NCBI GenBank assembly: GCA_964597145.1
Contig: CAZQWH010000001.1
Coordinates: 102,441 to 166,440 of the forward strand
Length of the DNA: 64,000 nt
Direction: 5' to 3'
Source: an uncultured Candidatus Saccharibacteria bacterium
Lineage (GTDB): Bacteria; Patescibacteriota; CAZHWT01
Shown: piece by piece, positions 52,412-62,258 of the stretch
Layout of the letters: each line of letters starts with the position of its first letter
Position numbering within the stretch: position 1 is the first letter of the stretch
Notes under the pieces: model-generated
The model's input: the letters and a program-made list of their open reading frames with translations, nothing else
What the model was told of the DNA's origin: nothing
Database searches by the model: none
Translations under genes and position numbers: made by a program

Positions 52412-52746
52412 ACGAACAACAACCACAATTAAAAACCTTAGTTGGCATTGTGACTTCAGACAAAATGGCCAAAACAGTTGTGGTCGAGGTGACAACCTTT
52501 AAGGTGCACCGTTTGTATCACAAGCGATTCCGCTGGACCAAGAAGTACTTGTCCGATGTAGGAAGTCTAGAGCCGCAAGTTGGTGATACTGTCCGGATTG
52601 TAGCCAGTCGGCCCATTTCAAAGCTAAAGCGCTGGACTGTTGCCGAGGTTGTTGCTGCGGCAGACGCAAGCCAGAAAAAACCAGTCACCAAAGCTGCAAA
52701 AGCAGCTAAGCCAAAGGCTGCGACAACAAAGAAGAAAGCTAAGTAA
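52408..52746 (+). CDS. rpsQ: 30S ribosomal protein S17 with Lys/Ala-rich tail
   Basis: S17 core. Confidence 0.9.
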   Translation: MNEQQPQLKTLVGIVTSDKMAKTVVVEVTTFKVHRLYHKRFRWTKKYLSDVGSLEPQVGDTVRIVASRPISKLKRWTVAEVVAAADASQKKPVTKAAKAAKPKAATTKKKAK

Positions 52747-52756
52747 GGATTAAAAG

Positions 52757-53125
52757 ATGATTCAGCATCGAACATATTTAAATGTAGCGGATAACACGGG
52801 TGCCAAGCGCTTAATGTGCATTAATGTCCCCGGTGGAACCGGTAAGATGAAGGCTCGACTGGGTGAGCAGATTACGGCAGTGGTTAAGGGAGCAAACCCT
52901 AATGGCACCGTTAAAGATGGTGAAGTGGTTAAAGCCGTGGTGGTTCGCACGCGTAAGGAAATGCGCCGTGTTGATGGCTCGTATATTCGCTTTAGCGAGA
53001 ATGCTGCCGTGGTTGTCGACAAAGACAAGAATCCCCGTGGTACTCGCATCTTTGGCCCAATTGCTCGCGAAATTCGTGAAGCGGGCTATATGAAAATTAT
53101 ATCGTTAGCCCCGGAGGTATTGTAA
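52757..53125 (+). CDS. rplN: 50S ribosomal protein L14
   Basis: [17 protein letters not shown]. Confidence 0.95.
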   Translation: MIQHRTYLNVADNTGAKRLMCINVPGGTGKMKARLGEQITAVVKGANPNGTVKDGEVVKAVVVRTRKEMRRVDGSYIRFSENAAVVVDKDKNPRGTRIFGPIAREIREAGYMKIISLAPEVL

Positions 53126-53127
53126 CT

Positions 53128-53442
53128 ATGGCAGGGTTAAAGATTAAAAAAGACGATGTTGTAGCCGTTACCTCTGGTAAATTCCGAGGCAAGCAAGGCA
53201 AAATCTTGCGCACGCTGCCATCCCAAAATATGGTGGTAGTTGAAGGGGTAAATATGGTTAAGCGTCATCGCAAGCCAGTCACACAACGCGATCCCGGTGG
53301 AATTGTAGATGTGATTAAGCCGTTGCCAACCGCCAATGTCATATTGGTTTGCCCAGCCTGTGGTAAAACATCGCGGGTTGGAGTTGTTAAAGAAGATGGG
53401 AAGAAGATGCGCGTCTGCAAGAAATGTCAGGCGAAATTCTAA
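53128..53442 (+). CDS. rplX: 50S ribosomal protein L24
   Basis: KOW motif and operon position. C-terminal CPACG...CKKC zinc ribbon. Confidence 0.9.
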   Translation: MAGLKIKKDDVVAVTSGKFRGKQGKILRTLPSQNMVVVEGVNMVKRHRKPVTQRDPGGIVDVIKPLPTANVILVCPACGKTSRVGVVKEDGKKMRVCKKCQAKF

Positions 53443-53461
53443 GAGATTGGTATTTGAAACT

Positions 53462-54004
53462 ATGTCACGACTAAAAGAAAAGTATCAAACAGAAATTACA
53501 CCAGCCCTAATCCAAGAGCTGCATCTAGATAACGCCATGGCAACTCCACGGCTCGTTAAGGTAATGGTGCATATGAGTTTGGGTCGAGCTCAGGGTAACA
53601 AAGAGGAAATTGAGCGTTCAGCCCAGGATTTGGCTACAATTACCGGTCAAAAGCCGATCATAACCGAAGCTAAAAAAGCGATTGCTGGCTTTAAGTTGCG
53701 TAAAGGTGATAAAATCGGCGCCAAGGTCACATTGCGCGGCAGCAGAATGTGGGATTTCACCGATAAGCTGTTTACTGCAGTTTTGCCTCGAACTCGTGAC
53801 TTTCAAGGGTTACCCCAAAAAGGCTTTGATAAGGCTGGAAACTATACCTTCGGCCTACAAGAGCAAGGAGTATTCTTAGAAATTGACCCCAATCGAATGG
53901 ATCGGTCACGTAGTATGCAGATTACCTTAGTAACAAGCGCACAAAAACCCGAGCATTCACGGGCATTATTAGAAAAGTTAGGATTACCATTAGAGAAAGA
54001 ATAA
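53462..54004 (+). CDS. rplE: 50S ribosomal protein L5
   Basis: MSRLKEKYQTEI. Confidence 0.95.
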   Translation: MSRLKEKYQTEITPALIQELHLDNAMATPRLVKVMVHMSLGRAQGNKEEIERSAQDLATITGQKPIITEAKKAIAGFKLRKGDKIGAKVTLRGSRMWDFTDKLFTAVLPRTRDFQGLPQKGFDKAGNYTFGLQEQGVFLEIDPNRMDRSRSMQITLVTSAQKPEHSRALLEKLGLPLEKE

Positions 54005-54041
54005 TCCTTGCATTACTATTTGAAAGTGTGGTAAGAAATTT

Positions 54042-54227
54042 ATGGCAAAAAAGGCATTAATTGAAAAAAGCAAAAAAGCTCCTAAGTATGTAACGCGCGT
54101 ACACAACCGTTGTCGGAAGTGCGGGCGACCAAAAGCATATATGCGCGATTTTGCATTATGCCGTATTTGTTTTAGAGAACTCGCCTTAAAGGAACAAATC
54201 CCTGGTATTACTAAGGCCAGTTGGTAA
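54042..54227 (+). CDS. rpsN: 30S ribosomal protein S14 type Z (zinc-binding, 61 aa)
   Basis: CRKCGRP...CRIC. Confidence 0.95.
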   Translation: MAKKALIEKSKKAPKYVTRVHNRCRKCGRPKAYMRDFALCRICFRELALKEQIPGITKASW

Positions 54228-54232
54228 TTATT

Positions 54233-54628
54233 ATGATGACACTCGACCCAATTGCAGATTTATTTACCCGCATCCGAAATGGCTATATGGCTCATTTAGA
54301 TGAAGTGGAAGCACCTTACTCCAAAATGAAGGAAGCCGTCCTCAAAGTTTTGCAGCAAGGAAACTTTATTGCTAGTTTTAGCGTCGAAGAGCGTAAAAGC
54401 CGCAAGTTGTTTGTAATCACCTTGCGTTACAATGGCAAGCGTCCGGCTATTACTCGAATAGAGCGCGCTTCAACCCCTGGCCGTCGATTATACGTTGGCA
54501 CCAGCGATATTCCCAACGTTTTAGGTGGAATGGGTTTGGCTATTCTTTCAACACCGGGCGGCATCATGAATGGTAAAGATGCCAAGAAGAAAAACATGGG
54601 TGGAGAGTTATTGGGGAGGGTTTGGTAA
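54233..54628 (+). CDS. rpsH: 30S ribosomal protein S8
   Basis: DPIADLFTRIRNG. Confidence 0.95.
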   Translation: MMTLDPIADLFTRIRNGYMAHLDEVEAPYSKMKEAVLKVLQQGNFIASFSVEERKSRKLFVITLRYNGKRPAITRIERASTPGRRLYVGTSDIPNVLGGMGLAILSTPGGIMNGKDAKKKNMGGELLGRVW

Positions 54629-55179
54629 TGTCGCGTATTGGCAAAATGCCGGTTGTTATCCCTCAAGGAGTAACCGTCGAGATTAATAACCAGTTACTAA
54701 CGGTTAAAGGGCCAAAAGGTGAATTGAGCCAAGCAATCGAACCGGAAATTGGGGTAACCCAGCAAGACGGCCAACTGGTCGTGGTAATTAAGCAGCAAAC
54801 CAAGCGCTCAGCGGCCATGTGGGGGTTATATCGAGCCCTATTTGCCAATATGATAACGGGTGTGACGCAGGGGTATACCAAGAATTTAGAAATGGCTGGT
54901 GTTGGTCACCGGGCAGCAATGCAAGGCTCCAATCTTCAGTTGTCGGTCGGTTTTTCCCATCCGGTAGTACTAACTCCGCCAACTGGTATTACCTACGCCG
55001 TGGCCGAGAACACTAAAATTAGCGTATCCGGCATTAATAAACAGCAAGTGGGTGAAGCGGCGGCTAAAATCCGAGCCGTCAAGCCGCCGGAGCCGTATAA
55101 GGGCAAAGGCATTAAATACGCAGGGGAAGTGGTTCGACGCAAGGCTGGAAAGGCAGCTAAGGCTGTTGGAGGTAAATAA
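54628..55179 (+). CDS. rplF: 50S ribosomal protein L6
   Basis: MSRIGKMPV. Confidence 0.95.
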   Translation: MSRIGKMPVVIPQGVTVEINNQLLTVKGPKGELSQAIEPEIGVTQQDGQLVVVIKQQTKRSAAMWGLYRALFANMITGVTQGYTKNLEMAGVGHRAAMQGSNLQLSVGFSHPVVLTPPTGITYAVAENTKISVSGINKQQVGEAAAKIRAVKPPEPYKGKGIKYAGEVVRRKAGKAAKAVGGK

Positions 55180-55181
55180 AC

Positions 55182-55532
55182 ATGATAGAGCATAAGATTG
55201 GACGCGCCCGTCGTCACGCCAAAATTCGTTCACAAGTGAAAGGCACCGCAGCCAAACCGCGACTGTCAATGTTTCGGTCTAATAAGCACGTTGTCTGTCA
55301 ACTCATAGATGATGTCAACGGCAAGACAATAGCTGCTGCCTCTGGGTTAGATTTAGCAAAAGAGGTTAAAGGTACCAAAACCAAGCGTGCGGCTATGGTT
55401 GGGCAATTGTTAGCCGAGCGGGCCTTAAAGCAAAAAATTACGACGATTTGTTTTGACCGTGGTGGTTACAAGTATCATGGTCGAGTCAAAGCTGTCGCAG
55501 ATGAACTGCGCCAGAAAGGACTACAATTTTAA
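55182..55532 (+). CDS. rplR: 50S ribosomal protein L18
   Basis: Operon position and L18 signature. Confidence 0.9.
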   Translation: MIEHKIGRARRHAKIRSQVKGTAAKPRLSMFRSNKHVVCQLIDDVNGKTIAAASGLDLAKEVKGTKTKRAAMVGQLLAERALKQKITTICFDRGGYKYHGRVKAVADELRQKGLQF

Positions 55533-55534
55533 TC

Positions 55535-56128
55535 ATGGCAGAAGCAACAAACCAGGCACAACTAAATACTCGGAATCCACGGACAAGCCCTCGCCAGAGA
55601 GGTCGCAACACCGAAGAGGTAAAAAGCGAATTTACTGAACAGGTGGTCCAGGTTAATCGTACCAGCAAGAAGACAAAAGGTGGCAATAATATGTCGTTTA
55701 GTGCCATTGTGGTAGTTGGCGACAAAAAAGGCCGAGTTGGTGTGGGCATGGGTAAAGCGCCAGAAGTAGCCGACGCGATCCGCAAAGGATCAGCCAAGGC
55801 TAAGAAGTCTTTTATCACCGTACCAATGTACCATGCCACCATCCCTCATCAAATTGAGGTCAAGTTAGGTGCAGCTCGAGTATTATTAAAGCCTGCCTCT
55901 GAGGGCACGGGAGTTATTGCTGGTGGTGCGGTTCGTGCAGTGGTTGAAGCTGCCGGTATTCGTGATGTGTTATCTAAAGTTTTGGGTACAAATAATAAAG
56001 CCAGTAACGTGCATGCTACAATTGAAGCATTAAAGCAGCTCCAAGCCCGGCCCGAAGTTCAAGCTAAAGCCAAAAAGTCTGTCTCAGCCGCCGCTCATCC
56101 TGTAGACGAAGCTAAGGCAAAGGAATAA
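55535..56128 (+). CDS. rpsE: 30S ribosomal protein S5
   Basis: S5 dsRBD. rplO follows 4 bp later, so no rpmD is present. Confidence 0.95.
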   Translation: MAEATNQAQLNTRNPRTSPRQRGRNTEEVKSEFTEQVVQVNRTSKKTKGGNNMSFSAIVVVGDKKGRVGVGMGKAPEVADAIRKGSAKAKKSFITVPMYHATIPHQIEVKLGAARVLLKPASEGTGVIAGGAVRAVVEAAGIRDVLSKVLGTNNKASNVHATIEALKQLQARPEVQAKAKKSVSAAAHPVDEAKAKE

Positions 56129-56132
56129 GATC

Positions 56133-56579
56133 ATGGATTTATCAACCTTACAATCGGTAATTTCAAAACAAAAAAAGCGGGTTGGTCGAGGATATGGTAG
56201 CGGTAAAGCCAAGACTGCTGGCCGTGGAACCAAGGGGCAATTAGCTCGTGGTACCACTCGACCAGGGTTCGAGGGTGGACAGCTACCATTAATTAAACGA
56301 TTGCCATTCCGTCGCGGATTTGGAAACACTTCACGCTATGTGAAGCCATTAGCCATTAATGCCGCTCGGCTTTCAGCAATTCCGGCCGGCTCCATGGTCA
56401 GTCCCGAGACTTTAGTTAAGCACGGACTAGTGCCAGCGTCCTATCGAGGCGAGATTAAAGTGATTGGCTTAACTGGCAAAGAATCATTCAAGTTTGAAGG
56501 TATTTTATTTACCAAAAGCGCCAAAGTTGGCAAAACCCATCCCAAGGACGATCGCCCTTCGGACAAAGCTGAAAAATAA
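56133..56579 (+). CDS. rplO: 50S ribosomal protein L15
   Basis: L15 signature. Confidence 0.9.
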   Translation: MDLSTLQSVISKQKKRVGRGYGSGKAKTAGRGTKGQLARGTTRPGFEGGQLPLIKRLPFRRGFGNTSRYVKPLAINAARLSAIPAGSMVSPETLVKHGLVPASYRGEIKVIGLTGKESFKFEGILFTKSAKVGKTHPKDDRPSDKAEK

Positions 56580-56585
56580 CGACAC

Positions 56586-57866
56586 ATGATTGGTTTATTG
56601 CGCAACATCTGGAATACCCCGGATCTCCGCGCTAAAATTCTATTTACACTGGCAATCCTGCTGCTGTTTAGAGTTTTGGCGTATATTCCAATGCCTGGGG
56701 TAAATGTGGCCCAATTGCGTAGCTTCTTTGAGGGCAATCAATTATTAAGCCTACTTAATTTATTTTCCGGTGGCGGTTTGGCCAATTTTTCTATTATTAC
56801 CCTTGGCTTAAATCCATATATTAACGCCTCCATCATCATGCAACTTCTAACCATGGTCTTCCCCCAGTTAGAAGAGTGGTCAAAAGAAGGCGAAAGTGGC
56901 CAGCGTAAGATTAATCAATACACCCGCTTCTTAACCGTCCCGCTGGCTATTATCCAGGGCATTGGCGTGTTTGTGTTGCTCCGTAACCAAGGCCTAATTG
57001 CAGCGCAAGATTACCTACATATCGCGTTGTTAATTCTGACCATGACTGCCGGCACACTACTCATTGTATGGATGGGTGAGCTTGTGAGTGAGAAAGGTAT
57101 TGGCAATGGTGTATCAATTCTGATTTTCGCCGGTATCCTCGCTCAACTACCCGGCATGCTTGGCTCAACCTTTCAAGCCTCTACCACTGGCAACCAATCC
57201 TTAATTTGGTTTGCCATTATCACCTTAGTTGTAATTGTTGGGGTGGTGTATATTACCGAGGGTCGACGGCCAATCCCGGTTCAGTATGCCAAACGGGTAG
57301 CTGGCAATCGAATGGTGGGCGGCCAATCCAGCAATATCCCACTCCGGGTTAACCAAGCTGGCGTTATACCAATTATTTTTGCCATTTCCCTGGTGATGTT
57401 ACCAAGTACCATCTCTGGGTATCTCTTAAACGCCCAGTGGAGCTGGGTAGCTCAAACCGCCCAAGTCATCAACAGTTTCTTTGCCAATACGTATAATTTT
57501 GCCTTAGTCTACTTTATTTTAGTCCTAGCCTTTGCCTTCTTCTATTCAACCGTGGCCTTTAATCCGCAACGGATTAGTGAAGACTTGCAGAAGCAGGGCG
57601 GGTTTATTCCCGGTATTCGGCCTGGTCTGCCAACCAAGAATTATTTGCGGACCGTCTTGCTCCGTATTACCTTAATTGGGGCCATCTTCCTTGGAGTTAT
57701 CGCCGTCTTGCCTTACGCCTTAAGCTCATTAATGCCAGATTTGGGACAGCTAGCTTTGTCACTCGGAGGTACCAGTCTCTTAATTGTGGTATCGGTTATC
57801 TTAGAAACATCCAAGCAAGTCCAAGCTATGCTTGTTATGCGCAATTATGAAGGATTTTTGAATTAG
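56586..57866 (+). CDS. secY: Preprotein translocase subunit SecY
   Basis: Ten TM helices and SecY signatures. Confidence 0.95.
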   Translation: MIGLLRNIWNTPDLRAKILFTLAILLLFRVLAYIPMPGVNVAQLRSFFEGNQLLSLLNLFSGGGLANFSIITLGLNPYINASIIMQLLTMVFPQLEEWSKEGESGQRKINQYTRFLTVPLAIIQGIGVFVLLRNQGLIAAQDYLHIALLILTMTAGTLLIVWMGELVSEKGIGNGVSILIFAGILAQLPGMLGSTFQASTTGNQSLIWFAIITLVVIVGVVYITEGRRPIPVQYAKRVAGNRMVGGQSSNIPLRVNQAGVIPIIFAISLVMLPSTISGYLLNAQWSWVAQTAQVINSFFANTYNFALVYFILVLAFAFFYSTVAFNPQRISEDLQKQGGFIPGIRPGLPTKNYLRTVLLRITLIGAIFLGVIAVLPYALSSLMPDLGQLALSLGGTSLLIVVSVILETSKQVQAMLVMRNYEGFLN

Positions 57867-58405
57867 TGAATATTTTACTGCTCGGCCCCCATGGCGCAGG
57901 AAAATCCACCCAGGCTCACCTTTTATCAGCTTCGCTCCACTTGCCGTATATCTCGACCGGTGAAATGTTGCGAGTGCTCGCTACCCAGTCTACCCCTGCC
58001 GGCAAGCAGATTCGTGACCGACTCGAACGGGGCGAATATATGACCAATGAAGAAATGATTCCATTAGTGAATCAGCGATTGAGTCAAATCGACATTAAAG
58101 ACGGCTTCATTTTGGAGGGTTATCCCCGCACCTTAGAACAGGCCCACAAACTAACAGTGCCAATTGATATCGTACTTAACCTGTACCTCGACAAAGATGA
58201 AGTTATGCATCGGCTACTAGCCCGACATCGGCAAGATGATACTCCCGAGATTATTGAACGGCGATTAACTCATTACTTAGCCGAAGCCGACACCATTCTC
58301 GAGTATTATCATGCGAAAGGAATGTTGCAGCAGGTAAATGCCGATGATACCGTGGAGAATGTGCAACGCGCCTTGCTCATCGAAATAGGCAATAGCAGCC
58401 AATAG
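57866..58405 (+). CDS. adk: Adenylate kinase (short form, GTG start overlapping the secY stop)
   Basis: P-loop GPHGAGKSTQA. 179 aa, lacking the long LID insert. Confidence 0.9.
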   Translation: MNILLLGPHGAGKSTQAHLLSASLHLPYISTGEMLRVLATQSTPAGKQIRDRLERGEYMTNEEMIPLVNQRLSQIDIKDGFILEGYPRTLEQAHKLTVPIDIVLNLYLDKDEVMHRLLARHRQDDTPEIIERRLTHYLAEADTILEYYHAKGMLQQVNADDTVENVQRALLIEIGNSSQ

Positions 58406-58420
58406 AAAGTCGATTATCCG

Positions 58421-59173
58421 ATGATCGAAATTAAAACCCCAGAACAACTCAAAATTATGGCCGAAGGTGGTCATGTCTTAGCCCAAGTTCGTCAGCAATT
58501 AATGGCAGCAGCCGTACCGGGAATCACCACCTTGGAGTTAGAAGATCTATCAGAGCAGCTCATTGCCAGCTTTGGTGCCACATCCAACTTTAAAGGTCAA
58601 TACGATTACCCCTACACCATTTTAACCAGTGTCAACGAGCAAGTTATTCATGGCAAGCCCAATAAACGAGTGCTACGGGCTGGCGATTTATTGTCAATTG
58701 ACGTTGGCTTGTTGTGGAAGAATTGGCATTTAGATACAACCGGCACCCTAATTGTTGGTGGCAAGGAGTCAGCCAACAAAGAAGTACGAGTGTTTGCTGC
58801 GAAAGGATACAAAATCTTAGACGCGGCCATTGCCCAAGCCAAAATTGGGAACCGAGTCGGTGATATTTCGGCCGCTATGCAGCAAGGCATAGAATCAGCC
58901 GGCTACTCTGCTGTCCGCGAATATGTGGGTCACGGCTTAGGCAGCGAACTGCACATGGATCCAATGGTGCCCTGCTATGGTAAGCCAGGTACAGGCCCAG
59001 AACTTAAACAAGGGATGACTCTAGCTATTGAAGTTATGATGAACGCCGGTGGCCCCTATGTCCGCACCTTAAAAGACGGCTGGACCGTAGTCACTAAAGA
59101 CGGATCAATTTCCGGCCAATTTGAACACACCGTAGCCATAACTTCGTCAGGCCCAAAGGTCCTGACGAAATAG
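58421..59173 (+). CDS. map: Methionine aminopeptidase type I
   Basis: Metal ligands, including the VGHGLG...H motif. Confidence 0.95.
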   Translation: MIEIKTPEQLKIMAEGGHVLAQVRQQLMAAAVPGITTLELEDLSEQLIASFGATSNFKGQYDYPYTILTSVNEQVIHGKPNKRVLRAGDLLSIDVGLLWKNWHLDTTGTLIVGGKESANKEVRVFAAKGYKILDAAIAQAKIGNRVGDISAAMQQGIESAGYSAVREYVGHGLGSELHMDPMVPCYGKPGTGPELKQGMTLAIEVMMNAGGPYVRTLKDGWTVVTKDGSISGQFEHTVAITSSGPKVLTK

Positions 59174-59199
59174 TAGGCACTGGGCACCTGCCCGCAAAC

Positions 59200-59560
59200 A
59201 CCAGCAAGCTGGCTTGCGTGGCGGGTGGGGTAGACAGACCTCTTCTCTTCGTCATTGCGAGGAACCAAGCGACGTGGCAATCTTCTCTGACTGTCATCCT
59301 GGAGCGGAGCGTATTTTAGACGCAAGTGGCTCGTGCACTAGCACATAGGATCTGGTCATCAAATCAGAAATCACAAAGCCTAAATACGAAACAAATTCCA
59401 ACTCAGAAGTTATAAGATTGAAACACATAACCGACCGTCATTGCGCCTGTCAGCCTCTGGCTAAAGCGGCCTGTGCTGAGCGCAGTCAAAACAAGCGCAT
59501 CATTCTCCTCTGATTGTCATTCTGGAGCCAGCGAAGCGTGGCGATAGAATCTTGAGAGCG
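59200..59560 (+). repeat. Intergenic mosaic repeat island (gtcattgcgagg module, gtcatcctggagcggagcgtattttagacgcaagtggctcgtgcactagcacatag module, partial AT-rich module, ccgtcattgcgcctgtcagcctctggc module, gtcattctggagccagcgaagcgtggcgatagaatc)
   Basis: Each sub-module has homologues at 428-475, 42274-42385, 37340-37462(-), 35876-35945 and 36121-36160. Confidence 0.65.
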
Positions 59561-59627
59561 CCAATCAGCAGAACAACGCAACCTATATACAACTCTTGCT
59601 AAGTATTATTTACAGAGTTAAATACAG

Positions 59628-59655
59628 TTAATTATATAATAAATTATATAATTAA
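59628..59655. promoter_or_regulatory. AT-only double palindrome, copy 3 (variant TTAATTATATAATAAATTATATAATTAA)
   Basis: About 120 bp upstream of ORF 59778. Confidence 0.6.
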
Positions 59656-59777
59656 CTAACGCATATTCTTTCAATCGTACCATAAGATTCCTAGAAAGAA
59701 TCTTATGGTAATTTACAAGTAGGTGGCTGTGTGGTATTTTATGTGACATTGCTCGATCTGAGTCTGGAGATAGATAA

Positions 59778-60065
59778 ATGGTGGCGACACATTACGATCT
59801 TTTTATGCCGCGTGAAGCTGTTGGAGATCGCAAACACGAGTTAGCAGGTTTGATCCACGAACTGACAGAGCTTGGAGTCACCGCAACTCTCGATTCCACT
59901 TCCTGGCCCGAAGTTCTATGGGTTATCATCCCACAGGGCACAACTGCGGAGACAGTAGGCGGCATCTTGCTTCTTGCCACCGTCCATTATAGACACTTAG
60001 GACTTAACAGCATCGGGGTAACGCCATCTATGCACAATGGCTCAGTTGCTCTCCGATTCAAGTAA
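59778..60065 (+). CDS. Hypothetical small protein (cassette gene 1)
   Basis: RBS ggag 9 nt upstream. Inserted between map and infA. Confidence 0.4.
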   Translation: MVATHYDLFMPREAVGDRKHELAGLIHELTELGVTATLDSTSWPEVLWVIIPQGTTAETVGGILLLATVHYRHLGLNSIGVTPSMHNGSVALRFK

Positions 60066-60182
60066 GGCTCAATCATTCATGGGCTCACTGACATCAGCGA
60101 GCCCATCCCTTATCTTCATTATTTGGTAAACTAAAACCATGTTAACACTAATGTATGTTAACACTAACAGAGATAAAAGTGA

Positions 60183-60213
60183 TTAATTATATAATAAATT
60201 ATATAATTAATTT
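60183..60213. promoter_or_regulatory. AT-only double palindrome, copy 4, ending 13 nt before the ATG of cassette gene 2
   Basis: ttaattatataataaattatataattaattt, followed by RBS aaaggtgg and ATG 60226. Confidence 0.6.
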
Positions 60214-60225
60214 GAAAGGTGGAAC

Positions 60226-60756
60226 ATGTCCAGTTTTGTCTATCATGCAGTGCCCAGAAACTTTCAGGGCACTACAATTTACCCACTCAACCAATTAAAA
60301 AACGTATATCCTACTATCTATACTGAGCGAGTTAAAGCTTACTCCTGGCGACCCGAGGTTATGGAGCAGCCAGTCCACCCTCTCAATTGCTTCTGGAATG
60401 ATTGTATATTCCTCACGGCCACACCGCCGCAATTAGTTAAGCAAGAATTGTATAAAATTGATCCAGGCCACCAGTTTCCATCCAAATTCTGGAAGATTGA
60501 TGCCCATACTTTAGAGCCTCAAAACACCACCATTTACAATTTTGCCACCAACGTTCGCCCACATCCTGCCCAAGATTTTTTACCGTATAACCCAGGTAAT
60601 CTTGAAGAATATACTCAAGTACCATCAAGAACCATAGAATATTGGCAGCAGTGCATTTACGAAGGCCGGAAAAGAATGCTGCTGTACTTGTATATTCCAC
60701 ACATTATGTACAAAGGCACCATCAACACTCGCGAATTGGAAATTGTGGAGGTATAG
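60226..60756 (+). CDS. Hypothetical aromatic-rich protein (cassette gene 2)
   Basis: 176 aa with a strong RBS. Its stop lies 2 nt before the next start. Confidence 0.45.
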   Translation: MSSFVYHAVPRNFQGTTIYPLNQLKNVYPTIYTERVKAYSWRPEVMEQPVHPLNCFWNDCIFLTATPPQLVKQELYKIDPGHQFPSKFWKIDAHTLEPQNTTIYNFATNVRPHPAQDFLPYNPGNLEEYTQVPSRTIEYWQQCIYEGRKRMLLYLYIPHIMYKGTINTRELEIVEV

Positions 60757-60758
60757 AC

Positions 60759-61574
60759 ATGTCGGCTGAAATTACGGTAAATAGCAATCCGGATATAGCT
60801 CTGTCGGGATATGTTCTTAATGTGCTTGGCTTAAAAAAACACCCTTGGACCAAGCGCGGTCCACTGGCTGGCGTGCCAGATGAGTTGATTGAGAAGGCAG
60901 CAGCATACATAGAGTTGAAGTCTAAAATCAGCTTTCAACAGCACCCATTAACAGATCTATCATCCCAAAACCAATCGACAAAGAACCTAATCAAAGAAAT
61001 TGAGCAACTACACAATCGCCAATTAGACCATTACACTGAGAATATTCAAGCCAGTCAGGACTTTTTACAAAAAGTTCTGGATCGAACCGAAGGTCAACTA
61101 GCAGATGTAATTGAGCAATCGACCCGGATATCGTGGCCGTTTGAGCAAGTGTATCTAGTGCCATCGCTTTACCAGGGCGGTACAGTGCATGGTCAGTATG
61201 TATTTATGGGATTCTTCCCCGGTAAGCCAGGAAAGAAAAATGCATCGGGAGTGATACATGAACTAGTTCATGTAAACACGTATGAAGCAAGCAAGCCGCT
61301 ACGGCAATCGTTAAAGCTACCCACGGACTCTATCGAAGCGGCAACCGTTTTAGTGACAAATAAAGCGGTACATCATCTCAATCACCAAATCAAATCTTTA
61401 GACCTGACCGACAACAGCTTTTCAACTTATTATCGAGACTATATTCTTGATCATGGTCAGAATTTAACCAACCTTGCTACTAAGCATGTTAAATATGCCG
61501 AGCTAGTGCAAGCAATTGACCAGTATTTCATCGACAACAAGTACCCGGGCTACTTTAAGCAGCATGGAATTTAG
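60759..61574 (+). CDS. Hypothetical HExxH-motif protein, putative zinc metallopeptidase (cassette gene 3)
   Basis: GVIHELVHVNTYE. Translationally coupled to gene 2. Confidence 0.45.
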   Translation: MSAEITVNSNPDIALSGYVLNVLGLKKHPWTKRGPLAGVPDELIEKAAAYIELKSKISFQQHPLTDLSSQNQSTKNLIKEIEQLHNRQLDHYTENIQASQDFLQKVLDRTEGQLADVIEQSTRISWPFEQVYLVPSLYQGGTVHGQYVFMGFFPGKPGKKNASGVIHELVHVNTYEASKPLRQSLKLPTDSIEAATVLVTNKAVHHLNHQIKSLDLTDNSFSTYYRDYILDHGQNLTNLATKHVKYAELVQAIDQYFIDNKYPGYFKQHGI

Positions 61575-61678
61575 TCCATTAGGAAGCTATATCCTATAGT
61601 AATTGACAATTTCCCTGAGTAGTAGTAATATACACCAACGTTAAGACCTTCTAGTTCTTGTCAAGAAAGGCAGAAGCT

Positions 61679-61987
61679 ATGTCGACGATGGTTAAACAGA
61701 TTTGTGTCAATTGTGGCAAGGAATTTGCAACCAACAACGGTTCCAATTCCTGCTACGATTGCACCTTGTCGCGGACTGCCGGCGGTCTGATTCCGGAGGA
61801 AGGTGACTTCCGCACTGCGCGTATCATCTCCGGAACGATGAGCAACCAGCAGCATCAAGACTTGGTTGGTGACTTGTCATCAATTGAGCTTGATGACCCT
61901 GCGCCGGAGACGGAGAATTGCCCGTACTGCGGGTACTATGACCGGCGCTGGTGCAATAGTAGCAATTGCCCGGGCTCTGAGAGTTAA
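61679..61987 (+). CDS. Hypothetical zinc-ribbon protein (cassette gene 4)
   Basis: CVNCGKE...CYDC...CPYCGYYDRRWCNSSNCPG. RBS gaaagg. Confidence 0.45.
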   Translation: MSTMVKQICVNCGKEFATNNGSNSCYDCTLSRTAGGLIPEEGDFRTARIISGTMSNQQHQDLVGDLSSIELDDPAPETENCPYCGYYDRRWCNSSNCPGSES

Positions 61988-62191
61988 TGGTATCTATCCA
62001 AACTTTCGGGTCGAGGTCTTGGAGTGCCAGCGGAAGCCTTGTTGGCCCCACCCCTGCTTGACCCATACGTCAGGCGTCTACCTGGACGACTCTTTCTTGT
62101 TTTTAATTGAATCTGCAGCCCTAATACCTTTGAGTTTTGACCTGTGATTCTGCCCTTTACCCTTAGAATTTTGACCTAGCTAACCGGAGTG

Positions 62192-62221
62192 TTGACTTCC
62201 AGGGGTTATATGCGTTATAAT
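62192..62221 (+). promoter_or_regulatory. Sigma70-like promoter TTGACT-18-TATAAT upstream of infA
   Basis: Consensus-like hexamers. Confidence 0.55.
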
Positions 62222-62229
62222 CCGCCAGT

Positions 62230-62258
62230 ATCACCAGAGATTACGGTGATCGTTTTTT
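62230..62258 (+). promoter_or_regulatory. Leader hairpin atcacc-agagattac-ggtgat plus T6, abutting the infA ATG
   Basis: The terminator-like hairpin sequesters the GGTGA SD-like element. It may be an attenuator or translational operator. Confidence 0.4.
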
